Below, piece after piece: positions 7,317-13,973 of a stretch of 15,728 bases of DNA. Source of the stretch: a virus. Numbering within the stretch: the stretch's first letter is position 1; each line of letters starts with the position of its first letter. A program made the translations under genes and the position numbers. The notes under the pieces are model-generated. The model was not told where the DNA came from. It ran no database searches and saw only the letters and a program-made list of their open reading frames with translations. The DNA lies in the IMG/VR virus record IMGVR_UViG_3300045988_122962, positions 1 through 15,728 of that record. One strand, written 5' to 3'.

Positions 7317-7352
7317 CCCTCCCGGTGTTCTAAGTATAGAACACCGGGAGGG
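7317..7352 (-). terminator. Perfect 16-bp-arm inverted repeat (4-nt loop) after the lysis cassette; terminator and/or operator
   Basis: ccctcccggtgttcta (7317-7332), agta, tagaacaccgggaggg (7337-7352). It starts 12 nt downstream of the stop at 7364. No U-tract follows on either strand. Confidence 0.65.
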
Positions 7353-7362
7353 GGTGAGGCAA
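7333..7362 (-). promoter_or_regulatory. Candidate sigma70-like promoter embedded in the palindrome
   Basis: The minus strand reads TTGCCT (7362-7357), an 18-nt spacer, then TATACT (7338-7333). The -10 hexamer occupies the hairpin loop and apex, upstream of the acidic gene and the early genes. Confidence 0.3.
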
Positions 7363-7363
7363 G

Positions 7364-7816
7364 TCAGAATGATTCCAACTTTCTGAGACGTGCATCATAA
7401 TCGGCATGTTCCCGGTCTCGCGTCGACCGTAGATCGCCGATCTCGTGCCCAATGCCTTTGAATTCTCTCGCGAGGCTTTCCACGCTGTGACGGGCAATGA
7501 GTACGTCGGCGGCGCTCTTGACCTGCTCTGCCTCGATGCGACGCACGCTCTCGCCACTGGCTTCAAGGGCCTTTTCAATACGGGTGATTGTATCCCCGTG
7601 CGCGGAAAGCGTATCTTCCATGCGCGCGATGCGGTCGGCGGCCTCGGCGGTCTTCGCGTCCGTCCGAGTGACGGCGGCGGCGAGGCTGGAGCCCTGATCG
7701 GGACTGACCTGCTCGCGGATGCGTCTTGCTTGTATGAGTGTCGCAATTGATGCGACGACGGCGGATAGACCGGACAGGCCGCCGAGGGCTGTGATAACCT
7801 CGGCGGCCTGTCCCAT
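7364..7816 (-). CDS. Membrane-anchored coiled-coil protein (150 aa), lysis-cassette accessory candidate
   Basis: The internal ATG at 7816 overlaps the holin stop (TAATG), with AAGGGGG upstream. An N-terminal TM span (VITALGGLSGLSAVVASIATLI) is followed by a long charged helical region. The 208-aa extension overlaps the holin. Confidence 0.7.
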   Translation of the reverse strand: MGQAAEVITALGGLSGLSAVVASIATLIQARRIREQVSPDQGSSLAAAVTRTDAKTAEAADRIARMEDTLSAHGDTITRIEKALEASGESVRRIEAEQVKSAADVLIARHSVESLAREFKGIGHEIGDLRSTRDREHADYDARLRKLESF

Positions 7817-8040
7817 TATTGGCCCCCTTGGGGGACGTGCGCGATCGCCGTGACATTGCCCAGGACGGCGGCGGCGAGAGCGACCCAGAGCGGCGCGACC
7901 TGCGCCTCGATTCGCCCATATGCGACGAGGAGCGCAACGGCGGCGAGAATCACACCATACGCCCAGCGTCGCACAGTGGGCGTGAGCCATGAGATCGGCT
8001 GCGGAGTCGCGTTTGCGGCGTGCTTCGGCGTGTCACTCAT
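7816..8040 (-). CDS. Holin (74 aa, two TM helices)
   Basis: ATG at 8040 lies 2 nt after the endolysin stop. The sequence is MSDTPKHAANATPQPISWLTPTVRRWAYGVILAAVALLVAYGRIEAQVAPLWVALAAAVLGNVTAIAHV. Size, topology and position are typical of actinophage holins. Confidence 0.75.
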   Translation of the reverse strand: MSDTPKHAANATPQPISWLTPTVRRWAYGVILAAVALLVAYGRIEAQVAPLWVALAAAVLGNVTAIAHVPQGGQ

Positions 8041-8042
8041 GG

Positions 8043-8873
8043 TCAGAACGCCTCTCGGTTGAGCGCGGCCTGGAGCTTGGAGACGGTCTCCATGCCAACG
8101 TATCCGTCGACCGTCGCGCCAACGCGAGCCTGGAGCGCACACGCGGTGTCATAGCCCGCGTATCCGTCGACCGTCGCGCCAACGCGAGCCTGGAGCGCGC
8201 GAATGAGCTGCGAGCCGCCGCCGTCGCCCACCCACTCCCAAGACGCCTCGGACGCAGCGGGATAGAGCACGCGGTTGTGGGCGAGCTGTTCGGACACAAT
8301 GCCGTCCATCGGCGTACCAAGATATGCCTGGAGAGCACAGGTTGTGAGCGGTCCCCATACGCCGTCTTCGGCGACGCCGGGAGCGGGCGGCGTCGGCCAC
8401 GCCGGGGGCACGTCGACGCCGGCATTGATCTCGTTTGCTCGGTTGGAGACCCAGTCGAGGGAGTTTGTGTAGCGACCGGGGCAGGCCGTGGCGAACCAAG
8501 TGGAGTGTCCTGATAGGGAGAGCCCGCCCCATTCGGCGCGGATTGCGGCGACGAGCTGAGCCACGGTCTCGTAATCCTCGTCCGAGGCCTCGGGACGACA
8601 CTCAATGCCGATCGTTCGCATGTTATTCCCGGCACAGTGCCAGGCGCGATCGTAATCATGCACGAGCTGGGTCACGCGCTCGGCGCTTGCCACGTAATGC
8701 GCCGAGGTCGACGCCGCGCCTCGGTTCTGCGACAGGTAATTGACGACGCCGTCGTGAGACTGACCGTCGACGCCCCAATGATGCAGGACGATTCCGATAG
8801 GATCGCCGCCGGGGCGTCCCTCGTCGAAATTAGGTGACCAATTGGTGTCGGTCACTGCGCTATTGACTGTCAT
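8043..8873 (-). CDS. Endolysin: N-acetylmuramoyl-L-alanine amidase (Amidase_2/PGRP type) with C-terminal repeated wall-binding-like motifs
   Basis: Amidase_2-like motifs are present: IVLHHWG, SAHYVAS, AWHCAGNNMRTIGIEC, GHSTWFATACPG. The C-terminus has three xxVDGxxGxxTxxALQ-like units (EDGVWGPLTTCALQAYLG; ALQARVGATVDGYAGYDTAC; ALQARVGATVDGYVGMETVSKLQ). Confidence 0.9.
   Translation of the reverse strand: MTVNSAVTDTNWSPNFDEGRPGGDPIGIVLHHWGVDGQSHDGVVNYLSQNRGAASTSAHYVASAERVTQLVHDYDRAWHCAGNNMRTIGIECRPEASDEDYETVAQLVAAIRAEWGGLSLSGHSTWFATACPGRYTNSLDWVSNRANEINAGVDVPPAWPTPPAPGVAEDGVWGPLTTCALQAYLGTPMDGIVSEQLAHNRVLYPAASEASWEWVGDGGGSQLIRALQARVGATVDGYAGYDTACALQARVGATVDGYVGMETVSKLQAALNREAF
8099..8198. repeat. 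Tandem 60-bp duplication inside the endolysin gene
   Basis: cgtatccgtcgaccgtcgcgccaacgcgagcctggagcgc at 8099-8138 recurs exactly at 8159-8198 (40/40 identity, 60-bp period). It encodes ALQARVGATVDGY twice. Confidence 0.9.
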
Positions 8874-8887
8874 TGTTCCTGTTCCTT

Positions 8888-9220
8888 TCAGTCTGCGAGA
8901 GCAATCCAGTCGAAGTTTGCCGACTGACTCAATCCGCTCGTGTCATTCCATCCGTAGTACTTGAAACCGCGCGGCGTGATGTCGTAGATCGCGATGCGCA
9001 CACGCTGGTTACCGCACGAGACGGCGACGTGAGGCGTCGAGTCGAACGGGCGCGGGAACGTGACGGATGCCTCGTAGCTCTCGTTTGGCTGGTACTGTCC
9101 GAGATGGACCGTGCCGTGCTGTCGACCGTTCACGAGGCGGTCAACAGCCTCCTTCAACTCTGCGAAGTTTGCGTTGACATCGTCGGCGCGGGCGATTTCG
9201 CCCGGTACGAAAACCTTCAT
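8888..9220 (-). CDS. Tail tip / receptor-binding candidate with an H-type-lectin-like domain (110 aa)
   Basis: The internal ATG at 9220 is preceded by AAGGAAGGA. ASVTFPRPFDSTPHVAVSCGNQRVRIAIYDITPRGFKYYGWNDTSGLSQSANFDWIALA parallels the Helix pomatia agglutinin pattern (ITFxxPYxxPPVV...LRVxARLYSVSPTGFK...WISI). The N-terminal IARADDVNANFAEL is fibre-like. Confidence 0.65.
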   Translation of the reverse strand: MKVFVPGEIARADDVNANFAELKEAVDRLVNGRQHGTVHLGQYQPNESYEASVTFPRPFDSTPHVAVSCGNQRVRIAIYDITPRGFKYYGWNDTSGLSQSANFDWIALAD

Positions 9221-9224
9221 GTGA

Positions 9225-10871
9225 CTAGTCCTTCCTTGTCGGGTTTGGAGTGAGTGCGAGCTGAGTCGTCCAGCTCGTCGGTGTGATCGTGTGGGACACT
9301 TGAGAGATGAGGGCGGCGACCCGCTCTCCACGATACTCGACGGCGACCGCACTTACTGGGTCTATGGTTGACGCGAGCGCCATATAGGGGCCCCGCTTGT
9401 CGGGACCCGTCTCGTGCGCCGGGCGCAAAGTCACGCTACTCGGCGTCGGGTCGCTTGCCGTCGCGGTGATGTAACGCCGCGCGGTTTCTTCCAGCTTCGC
9501 GGCGGGTAGGGTCACGTCGAGCTGGACGCTGGTACCACCCCAGACGGCGGCGGCTGTCGGCTCGTCTACCGTGGTGTCTGTGTCGTCGGCCTCCCACTCG
9601 CTGCGCTCGGCGTCCCATCGCGCGGCGTGATTGTGCAGCGTGACATGAGCGATGGCGTCGGACGCCGCCCACGAGACGCCAACGCCGGTGTAGGACAGGA
9701 CCCGGCGGACTGGGTCGCTCGGCGCTGCGTCGGTGAGCCGTAGGACGGGCGTTGTTGGACGCTCGGTCCTGACGAGAACCCAGCCGTTGCGTGCGACAGA
9801 CCATGAGCCGAGGACCGACGCTGTGAGGGCGTCGAGATGCTTGGCCAGGCTTGTTTCCCAGACGGTCGGCGGGACAGTTACGCCAGTCAGCATACTGTCA
9901 AGGGAGTAGGTGAGGTCTCGGCAGGACTTGATGATTCTGTCAAGGCGCAGGAACCAGTTTTCGCTCCCGTCGCCGGTGTCTGACTTCGCGCCGTATCGAG
10001 TGGTTGCAGCCAACCGAGCGACGCTATCAGACGCGGTCAGAGTGACTTCGTAGCTGATGCGCCCGCCTGGCTTCCTCGGTGTGATCTGTAGATCGGTCAG
10101 ATAACCCGAATAGACGAGCTCGCGCGTCGGCCAGTGGATGAGTCGAACTGGCGTGCCGTGGCTCATACCCGTTGTGCGCGGCGCAAGAGCGTTGATCGCG
10201 CGCGCCGTGAGAGTGCCAACCGTCCCCGTGAGGGCGGGCCCTGTCGCGTCGACGCCGCGTGTGACGGCGATTTCCGTGCATGGACCCGTGATGTCCTGCC
10301 AGGCCTCGGACGCGCCGTTTCCGCTGCCAAGCCACGCGCGGGTATCCCATGCGCCCCGGTCCCATTGGAGATAGGTCATGTTTTCCGCGCCGCGCGTCCA
10401 GGCTTCTCGATTCCACCGTGATTGATTCCACCGTAGCCCATCGAGGCCTTGCAGCGGGTAATAGGCTTGGAGACTGAGTACGTCGCAGGGCCTCGGATTT
10501 TCAGGCATGAGCGTATTGTCTGTGATTTCCAGGCGCTCGACGATGCCCGATTCGAGGCCGGTGATCTCGATTTCCATGCGTGCGCCGAATCGATCGGATG
10601 ACGCTGTGCGCTCATAGATCGGGCCTCTGCCTGCACGCGCGGCGGAATGGCCAATGCGGATGACTGCGATTTTGCCGGGAGCGGCGGTGCGGATGCGGAT
10701 GCTGACGGTGATCTTGTGGCCGGGCGTGAGGCGGTCGCAGGCGATCACGAGCGATCGCGCGCCTGGGTTGAGCGAGTACTGGTAGCGTCCGCCGCCGAGG
10801 TTTTGGACGCGAGCGCCGGACCAGTCGCCGAGTATCGGAGGGGGCAGGAGAGTCGGCATGAGGGGGGTCAC
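9225..10871 (-). CDS. Minor tail protein (548 aa); distal-tail (Dit)-like region with N- and C-terminal extensions
   Basis: It lies directly after the tape measure (GTGA overlap; alternative ATG at 10859). It contains a Trp-rich WNQSRWNREAWTRG...WDRGAWDTRAW segment. IAVTRGVDATGP...GTLTARAINALAP...GTPVRLIHW...LVYSGYLTDLQI...EVTLTASDSVARL resembles phage distal tail proteins. Confidence 0.75.
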   Translation of the reverse strand: MTPLMPTLLPPPILGDWSGARVQNLGGGRYQYSLNPGARSLVIACDRLTPGHKITVSIRIRTAAPGKIAVIRIGHSAARAGRGPIYERTASSDRFGARMEIEITGLESGIVERLEITDNTLMPENPRPCDVLSLQAYYPLQGLDGLRWNQSRWNREAWTRGAENMTYLQWDRGAWDTRAWLGSGNGASEAWQDITGPCTEIAVTRGVDATGPALTGTVGTLTARAINALAPRTTGMSHGTPVRLIHWPTRELVYSGYLTDLQITPRKPGGRISYEVTLTASDSVARLAATTRYGAKSDTGDGSENWFLRLDRIIKSCRDLTYSLDSMLTGVTVPPTVWETSLAKHLDALTASVLGSWSVARNGWVLVRTERPTTPVLRLTDAAPSDPVRRVLSYTGVGVSWAASDAIAHVTLHNHAARWDAERSEWEADDTDTTVDEPTAAAVWGGTSVQLDVTLPAAKLEETARRYITATASDPTPSSVTLRPAHETGPDKRGPYMALASTIDPVSAVAVEYRGERVAALISQVSHTITPTSWTTQLALTPNPTRKD

Positions 10872-13150
10872 CTTCCTGCGCCGTTGAGGCGCGTATATTG
10901 CGAGACTGATTGAGCGATCGCGCGCCCGGCGTCCACGCTCGGCGTGAGCATGGGCGCGTTAACGGTGATGCTGACGGCGGCGTGCGGGCGTCGCAGGGCG
11001 GCGAGGCCGCTCACGCCGGGGATGGACAGACTGCCCGGGTCTGTGTCAGCAATCATGCCGGTGAGAGTGCCGAGGCTGTTCCTCACGGCCCCATACCGTG
11101 ATTCAAGGCCCCTAATGAATCCCTCGATTACCAGGACGCCCGCGGGCGTGAGTAGGCGCGCATCGTAGTCCTCTGGCCCCTTCCAGGACGTGAGCGAGCT
11201 GGTTAGGCTGCCAAGCTTGGACTGGACCGAGCCGAACATTGAGCTAATGCCGTTGATGAATCCCTGGATGAGGTTTTTACCTGCGTTGACGAGGGTAGAG
11301 CCGATGGACCCGAGCGCCGAGACCGCGCGAGACGGGAGAGTGCTGATCGTGCTGACCGCCGAGCTGACGCCGCTTGAAATAGATGACTTGATGCCCTCCC
11401 AGGCGCTCGACAGCGTCGAGCCGACGGAGGACCAGATGCCCGACCAAATCCCCTGGATAACGCCGAGCGCGCCCGTGATGTAGCCCTGGACGATTGAGAG
11501 CGCGCCGGAAATGACGCCCTGGATTCCTGCCCAGATGGACGAGACAATTTGCTTGATGCCCTCCCAGACGCCGGACCAGTCACCCTGGAGCGCGCTGGTC
11601 CATACCTGGATGATTCCAGAGATGACGCCAATCACCGTGGAGATGACGCTGGAGATTACCTGCCAGACGCCCGAAACAACGGTAGAGATGCCCTGCCAGA
11701 TGGTGTCCCAGTTAGCTGCGACGCCCTGGAAGACACTGACGATGAGGTCTGCGATCGGCTGCCCGTAGGTCGCCCAAGCGGCCTGTAGCTGCGGCCAGAC
11801 GGCGTCCCAGGCGGCCTGGATTTGCGCCCAAGCGGCCTGTAGGGCGGGCGCAACGTTCGTTTGGAACCACTCGACAACGACCGAGACCGCTGCCTTGATC
11901 TGTGCCCACGCGGCGTCTACCGCCGCCCTGAACGCTTCGTTGTTCTGGTAAAGCGCGACGAAGATTGCGACGAGGGCGGCAATTGCGGCGATGACAAGGA
12001 AGATTGGGTTAGCTGCCATCGTCGCATTGAGCGCCGCCCACGCTGTTTTAGCGGCCCCAATGATTGTCTTTACCTGATTGAAGGTTTTGAAGCCTGCGAC
12101 GAAGGTACCGATGACGCCCGCCGCCGCCGCGATCGCTGGTCCGAATCGCTCGAAAAACCCAATGACGGCCTGGATGGCGGGCGGCGCTGTCGTCGTGAGC
12201 CAGTCAAGGAAAGCCTGGAGCCTTGGCATAACTTCGGTCTGGAAGACGGCGGCGGCGGCCTGTACCTTCGGCACAACGTTGGCCTGGAATTGCGCGGCGA
12301 ACTGCTGGAGGGCAGGCACGGCGACATCTCGCGCCCACGTGGTAAGCCGTTCGAGTGCAGGGATGAGATAGGTGATAGCGCCTTGGGCGAGGGCCGTCAC
12401 GGCGGGTAGGACGAGCGTGCCGACCTTGGCGGCGAAATCGCCCATGTGCGCCTTGATGACCTGGATTTGGTGAGAGAGCGTGTCTCCCTCGCGCGCGAAA
12501 GCGCCGTGCGCGTCGGCGGTCTGCTCCATGATGAGCGCGAGCGTCGCCGCCTGCTGTGCCTCGTTGTCAAACGATCCGCCGACCTTCTGGAAGCCGAGTT
12601 CGGCGGCCTTGGCGTCGATGGATGCCTGTTTCAGGCTCACGCCGTAACGCTCGATCGGGTCGCGTTCGCCCTTTAGCGCGGACGATAGGGCGGCGACGGC
12701 GTCGGAGGTCGAGCCGCCGAACTGTGCCGACAAGTCGGCGGCGACGCCAATCAGCTCGTTGGTTTTGCCTGCGAGCTGGTCGATGCTTGTACCGCCGTTT
12801 TTCAGCTGCGCACCCAATAAGGTACCAAGCTCTTGGTACTCGTTCTTGGTCAGTCCAACGGTCGAGGCCGCCGTATCCGCGTAGGCCTTCATCTGGTCTG
12901 CACCTGACTTGAAGACCGCTTCGATTGCGCCCGTCGATTGTTCGAGGTCGGCGGCGGCGCTCACGGCCTTCGCACCTGCGACGCCGATTGCGGCGGCCCC
13001 GGCGGCGGCGACGGTGGCGAGTGTCGTGACGGCCTTTTTCCCGGCGTCGGCCAGGCCAGAGATGCCGGTTTCTTTGGCGAGCCCCTTGAAAGCGCGGCTG
13101 AAATTCTTGGTGTCGGCGACTACTGACACCTTGACGACGTGGCCTGCCAC
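10868..13150 (-). CDS. Tape measure protein (760 aa)
   Basis: This is the longest ORF and follows the chaperone genes. It is Ala/Gly/Ser-rich and helical, with a hydrophobic segment (PIFLVIAAIAALVAIFVALY) and a long Trp-periodic repeat region. The start is GTG at 13150, preceded by GAAGGGA. Confidence 0.9.
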   Translation of the reverse strand: MAGHVVKVSVVADTKNFSRAFKGLAKETGISGLADAGKKAVTTLATVAAAGAAAIGVAGAKAVSAAADLEQSTGAIEAVFKSGADQMKAYADTAASTVGLTKNEYQELGTLLGAQLKNGGTSIDQLAGKTNELIGVAADLSAQFGGSTSDAVAALSSALKGERDPIERYGVSLKQASIDAKAAELGFQKVGGSFDNEAQQAATLALIMEQTADAHGAFAREGDTLSHQIQVIKAHMGDFAAKVGTLVLPAVTALAQGAITYLIPALERLTTWARDVAVPALQQFAAQFQANVVPKVQAAAAVFQTEVMPRLQAFLDWLTTTAPPAIQAVIGFFERFGPAIAAAAGVIGTFVAGFKTFNQVKTIIGAAKTAWAALNATMAANPIFLVIAAIAALVAIFVALYQNNEAFRAAVDAAWAQIKAAVSVVVEWFQTNVAPALQAAWAQIQAAWDAVWPQLQAAWATYGQPIADLIVSVFQGVAANWDTIWQGISTVVSGVWQVISSVISTVIGVISGIIQVWTSALQGDWSGVWEGIKQIVSSIWAGIQGVISGALSIVQGYITGALGVIQGIWSGIWSSVGSTLSSAWEGIKSSISSGVSSAVSTISTLPSRAVSALGSIGSTLVNAGKNLIQGFINGISSMFGSVQSKLGSLTSSLTSWKGPEDYDARLLTPAGVLVIEGFIRGLESRYGAVRNSLGTLTGMIADTDPGSLSIPGVSGLAALRRPHAAVSITVNAPMLTPSVDAGRAIAQSVSQYTRLNGAGR

Positions 13151-13153
13151 GGT

Positions 13154-13306
13154 TCATCCCTTCTGCGCCTCGGCGCGGTCCTGGAGTAGGTCGAGGATGG
13201 CGTGTGCATCCTCGACGGTGAGCTTTTCGCGCGCCTCCCACGGCGGAATACCAGCGTCCACGGCTAGAATCGCCAGGACTGGAGCGAGGGAGGACGCGCC
13301 GCTCAT
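13154..13306 (-). CDS. Tail assembly chaperone, downstream (T-like) segment; either a separate 50-aa ORF or a -1 frameshift extension
   Basis: The ORF is MSGASSLAPVLAILAVDAGIPPWEAREKLTVEDAHAILDLLQDRAEAQKG. Its ATG (13306-13304) overlaps the upstream TGA. It is in the -1 frame relative to 13303..13548, and a GGGGGAA run lies at 13312-13306. It is below the ORF-track size cutoff. Confidence 0.5.
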   Translation of the reverse strand: MSGASSLAPVLAILAVDAGIPPWEAREKLTVEDAHAILDLLQDRAEAQKG

Positions 13307-13548
13307 TCCCCCGCCGGATTGGCTTCGCTCACGAGTGCGGTAGCCTCGTCCATCGTGAGGTCAACTGCGGCGGCGTAGGCGTCGTCGCGAGTTGCATGGC
13401 CGCCGCGTCGGTAAAGCATGATGGCACACATCGCGATCATAGGACCGGCGAGCATCCCACCCGCTTCGGGGTCGAATGCGGTGATGGGCTGACCGGTCTT
13501 GCGCTCGTAGTAGTCGAGGTCGCCGAGAGTCATTGCTTGCAGGTTCAT
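13303..13548 (-). CDS. Tail assembly chaperone (G-like, 81 aa)
   Basis: It occupies the chaperone position upstream of the tape measure (the 13154..13306 T-like ORF lies between them). MTLGDLDYYERKTGQPITAFDPEAG...MIAMCAIMLYRRGG resembles actinophage tail assembly chaperones. The RBS is AAGGAATGAAATG. Confidence 0.7.
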   Translation of the reverse strand: MNLQAMTLGDLDYYERKTGQPITAFDPEAGGMLAGPMIAMCAIMLYRRGGHATRDDAYAAAVDLTMDEATALVSEANPAGE

Positions 13549-13556
13549 TTCATTCC

Positions 13557-13973
13557 TTACCAGTCGTGTTTGTCAAGTAGTTCCTTGATGCCCTCGCCAA
13601 ACCCAGCGAAGGTCCTGGGTCGCAGTGATTCTTCTGCTTGGGAGAGCCAGCGGGGACCGGACCTGGAGTCAGGTCCCCAATGTCTGACCGCCGCGTAGGG
13701 CAGGCGACCTTTGGAGCCGACACGCACCATGACTTTTCGCTTGGAGCGGGAAGGCTTGATGCCCGCCTGTAGGCGTCCGGTCTTGTGTGGCGCGAGGGTC
13801 TTTGCCAGCGCGGCGATCGGCGTGGCCAGGCGGTAGGTGAGGTCTTTGAGGTCAGTGACGGCCACGCCAACCGCTTCCGCGTCGGCCAACAGCTTCTTGA
13901 TGCCCTGTATTTCCACTGAGCCGCCGTCGAGGTGGACGCGACCGTCACTGATGCCAGTCATTCTATCAGGCAT
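13557..13973 (-). CDS. HK97 gp10-like neck/tail component (about 139 aa)
   Basis: The internal ATG is at 13973 (alternative 13961), and the 227-aa extension overlaps the major tail gene. PHKTGRLQAGIKPSRSKRKVMVRVGSKGRLPYAAVRHWGP...PRWLSQAEES fits the gp10-family pattern (TGxLxxsI...v.VG...PYAxxxHxG). Confidence 0.65.
   Translation of the reverse strand: MPDRMTGISDGRVHLDGGSVEIQGIKKLLADAEAVGVAVTDLKDLTYRLATPIAALAKTLAPHKTGRLQAGIKPSRSKRKVMVRVGSKGRLPYAAVRHWGPDSRSGPRWLSQAEESLRPRTFAGFGEGIKELLDKHDW

Noticed and set aside
8033-8659. Alternative-frame minus-strand ORFs overlapping real genes (8033..8659, 8149..8601, 12567..13241, 11203..11631, 15146..15625, 5154..5636, 7330..7746, 7575..7937).
   Set aside because: They use the same strand but a shifted frame within the endolysin, tape measure, capsid, Rep-like and lysis genes. 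Their composition is extremely Arg/Pro/Ser-rich, with no support beyond length.
11200-11900. Periodic DNA in the tape measure gene, considered as a tandem-repeat or CRISPR-like array.
   Set aside because: The repeats are imperfect, in frame, and explained by the 11-residue protein periodicity. There is no spacer/repeat architecture.
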